This document shows, in pieces, positions 38,311-52,764 of a stretch of DNA of 64,000 nt (the stretch's first letter is position 1; the number at the start of each line of letters is the position of its first letter). Under the pieces are notes generated by a model, which had not been told where the DNA came from, ran no database searches, and saw nothing but the letters and a program-made list of their open reading frames with translations. This DNA comes from Podarcis filfolensis (lineage: Eukaryota), in NCBI GenBank assembly GCA_964270895.1, contig OZ185441.1. One strand, 5' to 3'. The position numbers and the translations under genes were made by a program.

Positions 38311-39899
38311 GGATAGGTTAAAATATTAACCTTTTATCTTACTTTATAATTTCCTTCCACACTTTTTTCTGCTCCTCTCCCCTCAGAGGAAGTAAACTTT
38401 TCCTCTGTAGAGCATGGGTCTTAATCTCAGGGCTGTGGGTTCGAGTTCCACATTGGACAAAGGATTCCTGCATTGGAGAGGGTTGGACTAGATGACTCTC
38501 ATGCTGCTTTCCATTTATATGATTCCTTCCTTCCCTCCACTGGTGTAGTCAGTCCTGAGCTAGATGGTCTAGCTCAATATAAGGCAACTTTCCACATTCC
38601 CATTCTTCCCTTTCCGATATATCTGTCAAAAGTTAGATTTTAAGTGTGTCACCACAGGGGCCTGCCTTTTTGCTTATGTCGTCCCATACCATCATGACCA
38701 TTGATGATTCAGGATAAATAAACAGGCAATAATTTAACTGGTATGTGACAGACAGACCGCGTCCCTTTCTCTTTTCTCCCAGCTCGATATTCTTATTTTA
38801 CATCTCCCAACTTATATAAAGCGGGCTCCAAAGACCCCCACTGAAAGGCAAATAGGAACTTTGCATGAATGAAGCACTGCTTCTTTAATTAGAACAGGGG
38901 GGGAGCCACTTTCTCTTTTCATATTTCGCTCACGGTTGCTTTGAAAAACCAAATTTACATGAATAAGTGAGACATAGCAGCAGGCGTGGGGCTTGGGGCT
39001 GGGAACAAAAAACGGATCTGTAATTAGGATGGTTGACAGGTATCGTCCCTTTCTTTTGTTCGTGTTATAAACATTGCCGGCAATATTTTTAATAGGGTTG
39101 TCACAGGGAAGGAGAACGATGCAGATTAAGACAATGCTCAGGTTTGGCTTGTGTGTTTGTGTTACATATTTATCTGCAGGCCTCAGGTGCTCTGTGCCAT
39201 GAACTGGAGATTTTTCTTGGTTTATTCTCATTTCCCCCCAGCCTAACTACAATAATTCTTCTCCTTCTAGTCTGTCTCTTCAGCAGCTCCAGTTGCTGAA
39301 GGAGTTACTGTTGAGTTCATGTCTTCCTCCTGGGCTCCCAAAAGGCCTCTTGTTGGCCACTGTGGGAGCCGAATTCTGGACAAGATAAACCACCCAGGTG
39401 GCTCTCCAAGGTTGTCACACAGAGTTCTTTGCCAGACCTACCTGGAGATGCAAGGATTGTAGAATTGTAGAGTTGGAAGGGATGCTGAGGATCTTTCAAG
39501 TCCAACCTCCTGCAATGCAGGAATATGCAGCTATTCCATAGGGGGATCGAACCTGCAATCTTGGTGTTAACGCAAACCTTTTGTGTGCAAAGCTCATGAT
39601 CTACCATTGAGATGTGGGCCCTTGTGAACACATGCACTGCAGGGGGGGGGTACCTGCATCCCTAGGTAGGGTTGGGAAATATCCCTGTCTGAAAACCTCA
39701 GAGAGCTGTTGTCAGTCTGTTTAAGTACACAAGATGGGCCAACTGGTTGTTTTGGTATGAGGCAGATTCTGATGTTCCTATGAATACATTCTTAGATTTA
39801 AAAGGTAGTGGCTGATTTTCTCAAAACTGACCCGCTGTAATTGGTGGGCATGTTAAACTTAATTGCATTGATTTCAGTGCATTTACTCATGAGGGCGAT

Positions 39900-40090
39900 G
39901 GCTGTGTATACACTATCCCTTTAAAGGATTTTCAAAACACATTCTATCCCTCAAAGAATTCTGGGCACTGGAGTTTAGGCCTCACAGAGTTACAGTTCCC
40001 AGCAGCCCTTCACAAACTGCAGAGCCCAGAATTCTTTGAGGGAAATAATGCGTTTTGAATGTGCTTTAAAGGGATGGCGTGTGCACAGCC
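39900..40090. mobile_element. Palindromic MITE (ggctgtgta...tgcacagcc)
   Basis: Imperfect internal inverted symmetry; related pieces at 46040-46170 and 54390-54500. Confidence 0.7.
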
Positions 40091-43000
40091 TTACTTGATA
40101 CCACGCAAAATCCATAGTTATTCTGACAACCTTAAACAAACTACAGTATTCTGCTAAGCTTGGCAAAGGTTTTTACAAGCAAGTGTGTGCCTATGAAGCT
40201 CTCTGTGATGGTCGTGAGCCAGTAACAACTCTCCTCTTAACAAAGAAAATTATTTTAAAGTTGGAGTGACATTCAAACCCTCAGCAGGGGACAATCTTCC
40301 ATCTCAAGTTCCCTCTAACTGTCGAGAAATTTACATAAATCTCCAGTGTTAAGGCTTTCACTAGAAAAATAAATTGCACATTAAAGCTGCAATCCTATGC
40401 TCACTTTCCTGAGGAAACAGGAATAAGATAACGTTGTAAATAAACATGTTAACAGTTACCAAGCAGGCAGCCCCAGTTGCCACAAGGTTTATAGTTGATA
40501 ACAGTGTTACAGTGCATATCTCCTGCTATGGATTCAAATGTCAATAAAGAAGATTCTGATTAAACATTAGGAATAACTTGTTATTTACTATTATTATTTA
40601 ACTTGCTGACAGTAAGAGCTGTTTGACTGTGGCATGAACCACCTCAGAAGGTGGTGGACTCTCCTTCAGTGGAGATTTTAAAACAAAGGTCAGACAGCCA
40701 CGTGTCAGTGATTCTTTAGCTGTGATTCCTGCATTGCAGAAGATAGAATTACGGTAGATGGACTTTGGGGACGACCCTTTCAGCTCTATGAGTCTATGAT
40801 TCTGTTACCTGTCTCCACTCTGAGCCAGTGGCAGCCTCCACATAAATATAGCTTTCCTATTTTGTATAGACAGCTTTTCCAATGCCCAGGCAAGAACCAA
40901 GGTTAGAAGAATCTGACCAAACCCTTTCCCACGTGCGGATTTTACAATCAGGGTGAGTAAAAATGATAGAGAAGGCAGGTATTTTCATCCAGACATGACA
41001 CGATGTGTAGGTAATGGCAATGTTTTCTAGATATTTGCTGCCTGTTGGTGCCTTCGCTTTTTGTCTTCTTTAATACAAGCTCCTCAAGCTGCACTTCCAA
41101 CACATTTTACCTTTGTGTAGGCAGATGTCAGTGATTCTACGCTCAACTGGCTCCAAGCTATATATTTTTAAACATGTAACACAAAGGATTTCAGTGGGCC
41201 ATTTGCATTAAATAATCTGCATCCAGAGTGTGAAAGGAAATTTCAGAAAAGCTTAGCTGCGTGAGTCTACTTTCCCTTCCTATTTTTCACCAACTCATTT
41301 TTCCATAAAAGAATGCAAAGTGTCAGCATCAAAAGAAAGAATAGCAGCATGTCCTCTTGCCACCGTTTTACTTTGAAATATCACTGGGGTGAGCAAGTCT
41401 TTCAATAGCACAGTGAAGAACGCAAACTGCTGAGCCAAGTCACACCCAGCCACATTACTTTGAAACTCGAATCAGATACAGAAAACTTTGGATCATTAGG
41501 TAGCAAAGCTTTTAAAACCCCCGCAGGTGCTACTTCCCCTGCCCCTCTCCAGTTACTGTTAAAATGTTTTTTGAAATGTCCATCAGAATGCAACAGCAAG
41601 TGAAATAATCCTCTGTATAAAATAATCACTGATGGGCATAAAAGTAAACTGATACTTCAACCAGATGATAACATAGAAATTGCATTGATTGCCACAGTAA
41701 TGGTTAATATCCTTTCCCTTTGAACATCACTTTTAGCCCTTTTCCATCTTTCACATACTCTGCTATTGAGCTGTCTACTATCCCCCCCCCCAAAAAAACC
41801 CCTGTTTTCTCTTCCTTGAAATCTTATCTAATATTCCAGTCATTTCTTGAACATGACATGAGAGGGGAGTAAGTCTTGGCCCTTTCCAGATTATATCCAT
41901 ATAATCTGGTATAACGGTAGTCTTATCTGCATCCAAGACTCCCTGAATCAACTTTCCAGGCCCAAAGAGGAGTTTCTTGCAAGAGATGAAAGCAGCATGG
42001 GAAACCAACAGAGATGCTTTGTTGCTATAGAAACAGCTTCCCAGCAGCTCCCTGCAATCTGTACTGCCAAGGCCTGGTGCTCTCTGCTGCCACATAGTGG
42101 CCCCTGCTGGTACACTCCTGAGTCTGCTCATGTGTTCTCCTGCTTGTTGCTGAGTCTTAGAATCATAGAATTAGAGTTGGAAGGGACCACAAGGGTCATC
42201 TAGTCCAACCCCCTGCAATGTGGGAATCTTTCACCCAACGTGGGGCTTGAACCCACAATCCTGGAATTGAAAGTCTCATGCTGCACCGACTGAGTGGCAA
42301 AATGGTGCCACCAGAAGACCTCACAGCTGATATCAGCGGTGGTAATAACATCCGATCAACCTTAAACAGGAAGATTCCAAGAGTTTTGGTTGCGTTGCTT
42401 CACATTTCTGTGCACAGACACAAGTTATCAGCATTGCAGGACAGAAGTCAATAAATCATTCGCTGACTGCTAACAGCTGAGAAGCAATCTCATGGAATTG
42501 CTCCTAGAATGACAAGGAATGGGCAAGAGTTTTGCAGCTTCCCCACACCTTTTCATCTGGAGCTCAGACAAAAGATGTTAAGGGTATGTGGTTCTATCAT
42601 GTTCCCCATCCATCATGTTGAGTATCATCACCGAGAGTGCTTCCACACAAGGCTGCTTTCTCCAGCACTGACACCATTGTTCACTTATTTATTAAAACCC
42701 AGATGATGCTTTTCTCAAGCTATTCCCCTCCAGTGTTTTGTTTTCCCAGTTGTCATCTCAATGGTTTTTGAAAATGCTGCTCTGTGGCTGTTTCTAAGCT
42801 TTTGATCTAGTGCAATTGCGGCAAAATCCTTTCAGGCAACACTCCATAAATGCAGAATTTTCCATTCTGCCATTCTCCAAGTCTGCTGCTTTACAAACCT
42901 CTCAGAGGCCAGTGGGAGTCAGTTCTGGAAGAGCCCCAACCCTTCTCCTGGCTGGGGGAAAGAGCAGTGGGACTCTCTGACCTCCACGAGACTTCAGTCC

Positions 43001-46000
43001 CCATCCTTTCCCAGCTGGTGGGAGGGAGGAGGAGGTGGGGCCTTACTTCCACTGCACACCTTTCAGGGACAGTCCCAGATTTACAGAAGCCATCCCAGTT
43101 TCTGATTTGGTCCCCAAATGTCCTGCTTTTCCTTAGGATGTCCCTATTTTCATCAGAGAAATGTTGGAAGGTATGGAGTTATGCGACCCCTGAGCCATCT
43201 GAAGGCAGCCCTGTAGAGGGGAGCTTTTTAAATGTTTAATGCTTTATCATGTTTTTATATATGTTGGAAGCCACCCAAAGTGGCTGGAGCAACCCAGTCA
43301 GATGGGCGGAGTATAAATAATAAAATTATGATGCTGGTGGAATAGGAAGTCCCTCTTTTCATCGGAGGAATATTGGAAGGTATGCCACTGTTGTCATACT
43401 GGGCCTTGAGGCCAATGATGCTCAGTGTTTCTTGATTTAACAAAATTTATATACAAGGTGGAGGGAGAGGGAGAGGGAGAGAGAACAGAAAAGAGTTTGG
43501 CTCAGAATCAAGATTTCCTCCCTTTGCTCCATCTTTTCATTCCTCCCCCCCCCCCTTTCTCAGCCTTGGTTTGGAGAGAGCCCTTGAACTGTGCTAGCAG
43601 AATCTCTTTTCTTTTTCTGTCTTCTTTCTCCAACGCATATTGTGTGCAATTGGTAGCGGCTGTGATTTTTAGCACTGAAACTCAGAATTGGAGACCAGAA
43701 GAGCCAGAGGCTATTTTGGGGGACAGCGGGGGGCAGCTGTTCCCACATGTTGGATTTCTGGAAAAAATAATAATGTTATATTTCACATCTATGTTCCCAT
43801 CCTAAATACATTTTCTTTGAAATGTTGAATTTGATTGAGGAACTTGCACATAAACATGTTTAGGAATTGGCAGCTTATTTTATTTTTCAACCAAGAGTCT
43901 TGTAACACCATCATTCCCCAGTCTCCAATCACAATTTCTTGGAGCAGACAGAAGTGTGTTTTCCCCTGATTTAGCAACTCAATATATGTCTACTAAGAAG
44001 CAAGTCCCATTGAGTTCTGTTGGGTATAGAATTGTAGTCTATGTTTCACACATCCCTCATTTCCTGAGGGCGCATTTTGCACCCAGAACACCTTGAGAGG
44101 CATGTTTAAACCACAAATTCCATGACTTCCTGGCAGATTTGTAAGGCCAAAATTCGCACCTCATAACACACACTTTTATTTATTTATTTGAATATTTCAA
44201 CTCCACTTGCTCCCCAAAGATTGTAACAACAATCTTACCAAGCCAACCATCCTTCTTTCCATCCTTCCAGCATCTCAAAATGTAGTGGATTGTTCCTAAA
44301 TTAAACCCTGAAGGAAGCTTCAATAAAATTCAATAAAAATATGCCCCCTGTTCCCTTTGCCTGAATGTAAAAGAGGACATTGTTCCTGCATCTTTAATAG
44401 TTGTGTAGAAGAGGGAGTGTCGTGCAAGCTACGCCTGCTGAAATCATCTTACTTCCCTCTTTTTCATTCAACCACCATGCCCTAATGCCTCTGTTTGCCA
44501 TTGTCTGAATGACTCCATCTCCCTCAGATGCTCATGCACAGATTAAGTGCATAATAGAGGTGTGTAGGCCTTGGTGAGAGGCCTTCCAAAAAGGAAAAAG
44601 GAGGAGAGTTTGAGGAGGGAGTGCTACAGATCCTCACCCACAAAAACAGGGGGAGAAGGCTATGAGAACTCACTGTCACTGGCTTGGAAGAGAGCTTAGG
44701 TTCTCTTCCCCAAGCCAGGTCTATCAGCAGCTGAGCCCGTAGGGAACTGCCCTTTGTGACAATAAAGAAAGGCATTTTGAAAAATACCTTTCCTTCATGG
44801 GACCACAGGCGGGAGAGCTTAAGCTACCTGTAGGTTCTGGTGGCATCAACGGTTGTCAGGGGAACAGAAGATGGAGAACATGCGTGCCAGCAGAGCTTTG
44901 AACTCTTGAAATATGCTTGGAGTGATTAGCACTCAAATGGGTGATTAGCAGTCAACAGAGCTAGTGCATTAGTACAGTGCAAAAGGTGGACATGCTTGTT
45001 TTGTTGCTTCTACCATCAGAAAGCAGCCCGTGTTGCATCAGGGAAGGTACGTAGTCATGCCTAACAGAAGTCTCTTTTAGTCTCTGGTAGAATGGCAATA
45101 AATGTTATAATCCAGGCTCCTGGAGCTCTGGACCTGTCCAAGTATGGCTGCACATTGTAATACACTAATTATTATTATGTACCAGGCTTCAAGCACACAT
45201 TATTGGCGGGGGCGGGGGGGGGGGAGCTATGCCATCTTGGCATGCAGAAACCCAGTTTTTGACATGTTTTTCTTATGGAGCTTCATACAACGTTGTTCTT
45301 GTGCCACCTTCTGGCTAATACCTGCACTGCTATTTAATATATTTTTTCTGTGTCGACCTTAAAAATAAGTAAGCTGTATCCTCTGAAGATAATGTGATGC
45401 CGCCTCTGTGTTATTTTTCAGTGATCAGTGAGCACCGTAAATGGAAATGGCAAAATTCTGCACTTGGTTAAACTTTGAGATTTTTGCCGCCATTGGAGTA
45501 AGCGCCATCAGCGTGGGAAAGTTTAGCCTGCGCAAGTCTAGCCCATTTCAGCCCCACAGGTAAATTAGAAATAGGTCACATGCTGATTTTGTATTTTGAC
45601 ATGCTGCAAGTAACCCACTTGTAGGGTTTGATGCTCTGATATGTCTCAAAACTATATTCAGAATATGGAGACTGTTGCTCATGATTTGAAGCTGGTTCAT
45701 CATGGATTTGAAGTCTGTATAGGATCAATTTTTCTTGGGGTTGCCCCATGCTGAAATTGTTGGGTGAACAAACCTTTATTTTTGCCCCTCGCATCATTTT
45801 TTTCACAGGATAACTTGGATCATTCATGGCCTGCTCAGGGAATGTGGGTGGCAGTGAATACTTTTCATAAAGCAGGAGAATGGCCTAAAATCCCCTATGC
45901 CTCTTGAAATGACTATCCAGATGGCATCCTGGCATTTGCTTTCCAAAACAGCAATGTTGCTCTAGGATTGCTGTTAACTACTGTAACAGCCAACAAAGGC

Positions 46001-47177
46001 CGAATACACATTAACATATAAAGCAAACAAAAACACAAGCATCCCCCCAAAAAATCCTGGGAACTGTAGTTTAACCCTCCCGGAGCTACAATTTCCAACC
46101 CCTCTAACAAGTTCCCAGGATTCTTTTTCTGTGAGGGGCGTGTGCTTTAAATGTGTGGTGAGTACACAGCTACGGTGTCCACTCATAACCAGTTCTCAAG
46201 AATGGGCCATTTAATCCACACCCGCATTCAGCGGCCAGTGCCAAAGGCTCCCATTAAAGTTAATTACATAGTGTAGACTTCTCAGCTTAAAACAAGACCA
46301 ATAATTAGTTATTTTGAAATGACTTCCATGTGGTTTAACATCAAATGAGGCAAGTAAACTTAGTGAAGAGTCAGGGTTTTGGGGAATGGCAGAAAGGCCA
46401 GAAGGAGTTTGCGTCATTGCTGCATTATGTACAACAATGCACAATGACTCAAGTATTCTTACAAAATCTGAGGGGTGCCCATTACATGAATCACGCTTAG
46501 CTTGACTTCATAAAGAATGTAATCACATGTACCCTATCAAGCTGCACTTCTGTATGCCTATATATCTGGAAACTAATGAATGAGCAGTCACTCTCAGTGC
46601 TTTATTTCAATTATCCCAGCAGCTGAGCAGTGGTGAATGGCATGGTTGGATTCAGTCAGCCAGCTAGTGTGTGCATGGTGGGTGGGAGAGATAAATCAAA
46701 TGCAACACGTAGGTGCTCTGTTTTAATCTCCTGATTCATTGGAATGAAAACTATTATGATTTCAATGACTTTAGAGAACTCAGCAAACCCTGAGAACTTC
46801 CTTTCCAGAAGAATGCAATGTTCCTTCATTCCAACAAGTTTGGAAATAATGATTGCCTTCATTTGTTCAACTTTCCTCCCAACTTACCCTCTTACTAATT
46901 TTTCATAACCAATAATACAGAAAACATGAAGCATAACTCCTTCTCCTGCCAGAAAAATAACAGAAACAATTACCCCCCATGACTGCTCACTTTGATTTCG
47001 TCCCCCCCTCCCCTCCAAGGCCCTGGGCTTAAATAAACAACTAGACAAATAAATTATCAGAAAATGAGAGAAAAATGGGAAATCATTTTTAAATATAAAA
47101 GCTCAGCTTGATTTGGTTTTTTTAAAACATTGCTTTTATTAAAGATTTTAAAGTGAATCATGTCAATAAATTCTAAG

Positions 47178-47279
47178 AACAATCAAAATGGAAACAAGGG
47201 AATAAGAAACCATGTATTCAACACCATGTTATGTGTTGAATACATGGTTTCTTATTCCCTTGTTTCCATTTTGATTGTT
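47178..47279. repeat. Perfect inverted repeat, 47-bp arms and 8-nt loop
   Basis: 47178-47224 is the exact reverse complement of 47233-47279. Confidence 0.9.
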
Positions 47280-47550
47280 TGACAGCATTTAGAATTATCA
47301 TTTATAGAAAAGGTAAGATGGAATTCTTGGTGTCCATTCTCAACTCCTCAAGGAATGCAACACAGGGAAATGTTTTAATTGCACACACCTGGGATTCACC
47401 ATGCATAGAATAAATCTATGATTTTCAAGTTGGAGTACAGCTGGCTTGTGGAAAACCACATCAAAACACAGTATTTCAGAAGAAATTATGGGATACCTGT
47501 GGATTGTGGATAGCGTCATCTGCGTCTGGATTCAACAAATGGATGGAATC

Positions 47551-47815
47551 ACACAATTGTAGTGTTGGAAGGAACCCTGAGGATTATCTACTCCAGGGAT
47601 AGGCAAACTCAGCCCCCCCAGATGTTTTGGGACTACAACTCCCATCATCCCTGACTACTGGTCCTGTTAGCTAGGGATAATGGGAGTTGTAGCCCCAAAA
47701 CATCTGGAGGGCTGATCTAGTCCAACCCCCTGCAATGCAGGAATATGCAGCAGTCCCACATGGGGATCGAACCTGCAACCTTGGCGCTATCGGCACCATG
47801 CTCTAATCAGCTGAA
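47551..47815 (-). mobile_element. SINE interrupted by a truncated hAT MITE (47594-47714)
   Basis: MITE flanked by atctactc / atctagtc (8 bp, one mismatch) inside the SINE tail. Confidence 0.7.
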
Positions 47816-47862
47816 GTCCACTGGAGCTACAGTAAATGGTAAGGTGCACACAGCCTAGTTGA

Positions 47863-47877
47863 TTTATTGCTTTTATT
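47863..47877 (-). terminator. Two AATAAA hexamers, candidate CMAH polyadenylation signals
   Basis: Plus-strand TTTATT at 47863-47868 and 47872-47877, ~280 nt past the stop; use unverified. Confidence 0.35.
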
Positions 47878-48147
47878 TCATCACCCCATAAACCAAGGTT
47901 TTTCTAGGCAACAAGTAGTTAAAACAATTTTAGAATCCCAAAATTCCATACACCAACCAAACAGTTTCAGATTTTTCAAACCCGTGCTTCTAGGTAGTAC
48001 TTGCAAAGAAAATCAATGACGGAAGGGAGGGTGTGTGAATCTTAAATTGTTTTTAGAGGAAATTCACATAGTATAGGGACACGATTATTCAGTAAGCGTA
48101 GCAGAGTTTTTATCCATTTCACTTTTCCACAGAGGAAGCAGAGAAGA

Positions 48148-48286
48148 CTAAACCTTAGTAGGCAGGCACTTATCATCAACTTGGTTGGCTGCACAACAAT
48201 TTTCTTTCAATTCAGATTTTGTTTGCATTGTGCCAAGAAAGACTGGTGGGGTCAGAGGAAGTTTCATTTGGAAATGATTCCAAAAC
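48148..48286 (-). CDS. CMAH: CMAH last coding exon (frameshifted tail)
   Basis: aag|G TTT TGG AAT CAT gives FWNHFQMKLPLTPP, then VFLGTMQTKSELKENCCAANQVDDKCLPTKV*. Confidence 0.85.
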
Positions 48287-50229
48287 CTTTAAAAATATAA
48301 GAAAACAAAAACAGTTACACAGAGAAGGACAGTAGCTACTGGTACATTAAATTTGGATCAACTTGTTCACTATGTCCCAGTCCACAGGCTTGGGAACCCT
48401 TCATGGACTTGGGAAAAGGATTGTAACTCAGTGATAAAGCCCATGCATGCAAAACATCCTGGGTTCAATCCCCACCATCCATAGCAGGGCTGGGAAAGAC
48501 TCCTGAGACCTTAGAGAACAGCCAGTTACTGGACACAGCAGGGCTGGCCAATGTGTTGGTCAATATGTTGGTCAATATGTTGTTGGACTACAACTCCCAT
48601 AATCCATGTCCATGGTCCATGCTCTCTGGGGATTATGGGATTTGTAGTCCTACATCTGGATTCAACATGTTGGCCACTCCTGATGTACTGTGCAGACAAT
48701 ACAGAGCTCAATGAACCAATGGCCTCTAATCTATATGGCAGCTTCACATGCCTGGTTCCAGGGTGAAATAGCAACATACGTGGTGATAAGACCACACAGC
48801 TTTTCAGTAGCAATTTGTGAACACTTGTTTGTTTGTTTTGTTTTGTTTTTACTTAATATTATTATCTTTCTTTATATCCTGCATTTTCCCCTAAAAAGGA
48901 ACTCAAAGTGCTTCACAGATAAAATAGAAACAGCTAAGAAGATTGTGTGTGTGTGGAATCATTAAAGAAACAATTAAACATTAACAGAATTTAGAGCATC
49001 TATATGATCTATTAAAGCATCCAGATAATTACAATCTTATCCTTGTGCATAGCACCACTAGGAAGCTGCATGGTTGTATCAGCTCATCTGCTGAAATCAG
49101 TTTTGTTTACAGTTGAAGATATTTTGGTAACTTTAGGCTGGCTGCTGTCAAGGTTGGGTTATGGATAGCAACCTCTGTCTGGCATGAGAGAAGACGCAGG
49201 GGTTGTAGACCAAGCCAGTAGTCAGGACTGTAGAGCAAGTCAAAACCAAAGAATAAACTAGGATCAAGAAGACAGACAGGAGACAGGAGCAGAAGCCAAG
49301 CAGGACCAAGGAATACAGAAGCATGACCAAGCTCAGGAAGCCCTTGTTGCCGAAGCAGACTTGACTGGACCAGGAAGCCCTCTAAAACTTTTCTTCCTGT
49401 CCTGAAGGATCCTATAGCCCACCTAGGTGAGTGCAGTCAGTCCAATGTCTGAGCACACTGTACTGAACTATACAGTGTCTCACCAAAAAGGGGCAGCTGG
49501 ACACAAACCCCAAGGCTCTGAGTTCAAGACCCAGCAGCAGTGTACAAAATGAAGTAACATTTGGTAGAAAATGAATGATACATTGACAAACGGGATGTAC
49601 AAACTAGTGTCTAATGACACTGAGTCCTTTGTATTTATGAAGGAAAAAAGAATAGAATTTTCAAGACTCACTCTTAACTTTTGATTGCTATTAGGTATAG
49701 ATCCAAGTGTGTTAATTAGAAGTAAATCCGATTAGATTGTTTTGCTATAGGGATTAAGTAATTATTGGTTTTGCAAAGAGACAGAATAGATAAATGCATG
49801 CTTAATTAACATGCTTTCTGGACCACGTGATAATTGTTCAGCTGCAATTCTTTTTTAAAAAATGCTTTGAACATTTCTACCCCTCTCATTGCTTAAACCC
49901 CCCCCCCACAAAAATCCATGGACTTTCAAACTTGTATAATAATAGATGCAGTCACAGCTGCTTCTGTATCTTTCCCCTTTGGAACCGTTATGAGGGATAA
50001 AGTGACTTGTTTCAAGACAGGCTTCTGTTCACAACAGAATCCATTTCTTACATTGTATTCTAGAGGCATAAGGAATGGGAAAACTATAATCAACGAGGCT
50101 ATGCCAGTTGACACCAGCTTAATGATTTACACCTAGACGTATGCTTTCAAGGAACAATTTCAAAACAATTCTATATCAAATACTAGTGACTGGCATTAGC
50201 ATGGCAACAACAGAAACAAATGGGCTTAC

Positions 50230-50345
50230 TGGTGATGATATATGTCAGGGTCACGTTGTAGCCTGGTTTGGAATCCTATATACAGATCATCCCAGGGCAA
50301 TCCATGTTTCACTGTGTGCCTCATTACACTAACTCGGGCTTTTAT
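50230..50345 (-). CDS. CMAH: CMAH coding exon
   Basis: IKARVSVMRHTVKHGLPWDDLYIGFQTRLQRDPDIYHH; cag/gtaag; 116 nt. Confidence 0.95.
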
Positions 50346-51977
50346 CTGCAGAGAAGGACAAAGTACATGAAAATCTGGCATCAATTTTATTTGATACATT
50401 AATACAGCCAATAGGCAGAATCCAAAGACCACCTTCAGTTCTCATTTTCTTTCTTTCTGTCCTACTGAAAATTCTGAAAGTTCTGCTTCAATTTCAAAGG
50501 TAGCTTGCCTGGTGTTGGGGACACTGCTGTTCGTGAAGCACAAGTCCAAAACTCTCTTTGGCACACAGAGCTGGTTGTGTGGCTGTTTGGATGCCAGGCG
50601 CTGCTTCTGTTCTGGAAGATGCCCATGATATAACCACATTGTCCACAGTTCATACATATCACTAAGGGAGACATGGCTTGCTTAGCTTAACTATGGTTTG
50701 TTTGAATACGCAAATCCATCCCAGCAGACTTACCATGGTTTCTTTTCTGCCAAGAAACCATGGTGTGAAGCCATAGTTTGTTGTTGGCTTGTGAACCATG
50801 GCTTGCTTTAACTATGTTATATCTGAACCCAACAATGTTGCTTATGAAGATGCTTCCAAGACTGCTAAGCACAAGGTAACCACAGCCGGAAAACCAAGCT
50901 TTGAAAAAACAAGCCATGGTTTGTTTGCTCATCTGTGAGACAACTGATGGTTTGTTGAACAAGCCTTGATTAAAGAAATCATGGTTTAGTGTTAATGTGA
51001 GAACATAATTAGTATCTAATTCTGCTGCTGTGTTCTGGTGTGAACACAAATAATATCTTCTCATATTAAAAATGATTAGGCATGACTGTTTTTTACTCTT
51101 AGTGGCATCCTGAAATAACACAACAAAGAGAGAATAAGCAGGTCTCTGTCCCTTTTCCTAACACGCCCCCTCGAAATAAGGTTGTTGCTGTCCATATGTT
51201 TGGCCAGCTAACATTTCTAAGTGCTGGCTGTAACCAAAATGTAGTTCTTGTATGTTTCAAAATTACAAATACATTTCCTAAATTAAAATGAGAAGCTGCC
51301 TTGTGACTCTACTCATCAGCGGACATTTTGTGTGGAGTCAGCTAGAGCTAGAAGCAGGACTCTTAATGGTCTGGGAGGACACTTTATAATTGCCATATTG
51401 TATTTTCAGAAGGCCTAGTCTCATGCCCTCTGTTTTCCTGCCTTTTCCCATATTCCCTTTCTGCATTTCACTCAGTGCCCTCTTCTCCACCCTGCTTTTT
51501 ATCTTAGCCTTTGCTCAGGCCTTTTCCAGCAGCTAATGCCATATCCTTGGGGTGGTTCACATTAACCTTAAGATGACAGGAATTTCTCTGCTTGGGTCAA
51601 GAACTGAAGCCACAGCAAAACTGAAAGCAGATCCCAACACTGCTACAAAACTATTGAAAGAAGGCTGAGTGGTGGTATCATAAGCTGAACACTCTGAAAC
51701 AACAAGGGCATGGAAGTGTTGCATAAATAAGCTCAAAGGGATTCACTTCACACAATGAGAACCATGACAATATTTTAACAAACTATATATAAAAAGCATA
51801 AGAATTGTGCATTCTAAGTGCTAGTATACTGAATTAAACACACACAGCTTTATAGTCGTCCCCCCCAAATCCCTGTCACCAGAAATAAGTGAAAGTAAAT
51901 TGTTGTCCTTGAAGGAAATGTTATATATATATTTCTATATTTGAGAACATGAGAAGATATACATTTGTAATCCTTAC

Positions 51978-52094
51978 TTCCTCGAATGGACAGTCCCGGT
52001 TTGGTATTTCCATTGGAAAAGATAAGTCCAAAAAATCCACTAAGTAGTTGTACCCTCCAGGCAAAGGACTGAAATCATCATCAGTTTCTATTAC
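51978..52094 (-). CDS. CMAH: CMAH coding exon
   Basis: VIETDDDFSPLPGGYNYLVDFLDLSFPMEIPNRDCPFEE; tag/gtaagg; 117 nt. Confidence 0.95.
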
Positions 52095-52764
52095 CTAGTT
52101 ATGGGATATAAACAACAAGAGGAGGTTGTCATTTCAAATAGATGTTGTGCAATCCCCCAAACTATTTGGTTTTTGCCTGATTCTCCCATTTACTCTTGGT
52201 GCTCAACCGTGAAGTTCTTCTGAATTCAGTTGTGCTTACTTAGTTACAGGCATGCGACTTTAGGATTGCTGCCTTATATTTAATATATTATGTTCCAATT
52301 TTCAAGGTCTTTGTCCTCTCTGTGTAGTAGTTTATTTGTTTTGACTTTTTTAATCCAACTTTTTATGAGCTGAATTTGAGGTAGGAAGTCATAATTCTTT
52401 GAAGAGAAGGGCTCCTTTAAAATGAGAATAAAAGAAATTGTCTTGCTGTGTTAGAGAAAAACACACACAGAGAGAGATTTATAGTTCGAGAAGAAATATT
52501 GACTGTCACTTAAATATAATTGTCATCTTAATTGGTATATGTCCGAAAAGTTGAAATTTTTAAAAATTTTTATATCCCAAAATTAAATTTTAAATTGTTA
52601 ACAGCAACTGTATGTCCCAAACTGTCACCATCCATTTCATGTTGTTCTTTAAAAGGTGTTTGCTTTTCTTTGCTAAAGCAATTGAAAACAGATATTCTTT
52701 TAGAATTTGTCCCTGAAGTAAATAATATCTTGCATTTGATAAATGCTTGTATAGACCTACTCAC

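Noticed and set aside
49146-49450. Possible Gypsy solo LTR starting TGTCA
   Set aside because: No matching end or TSD could be identified.
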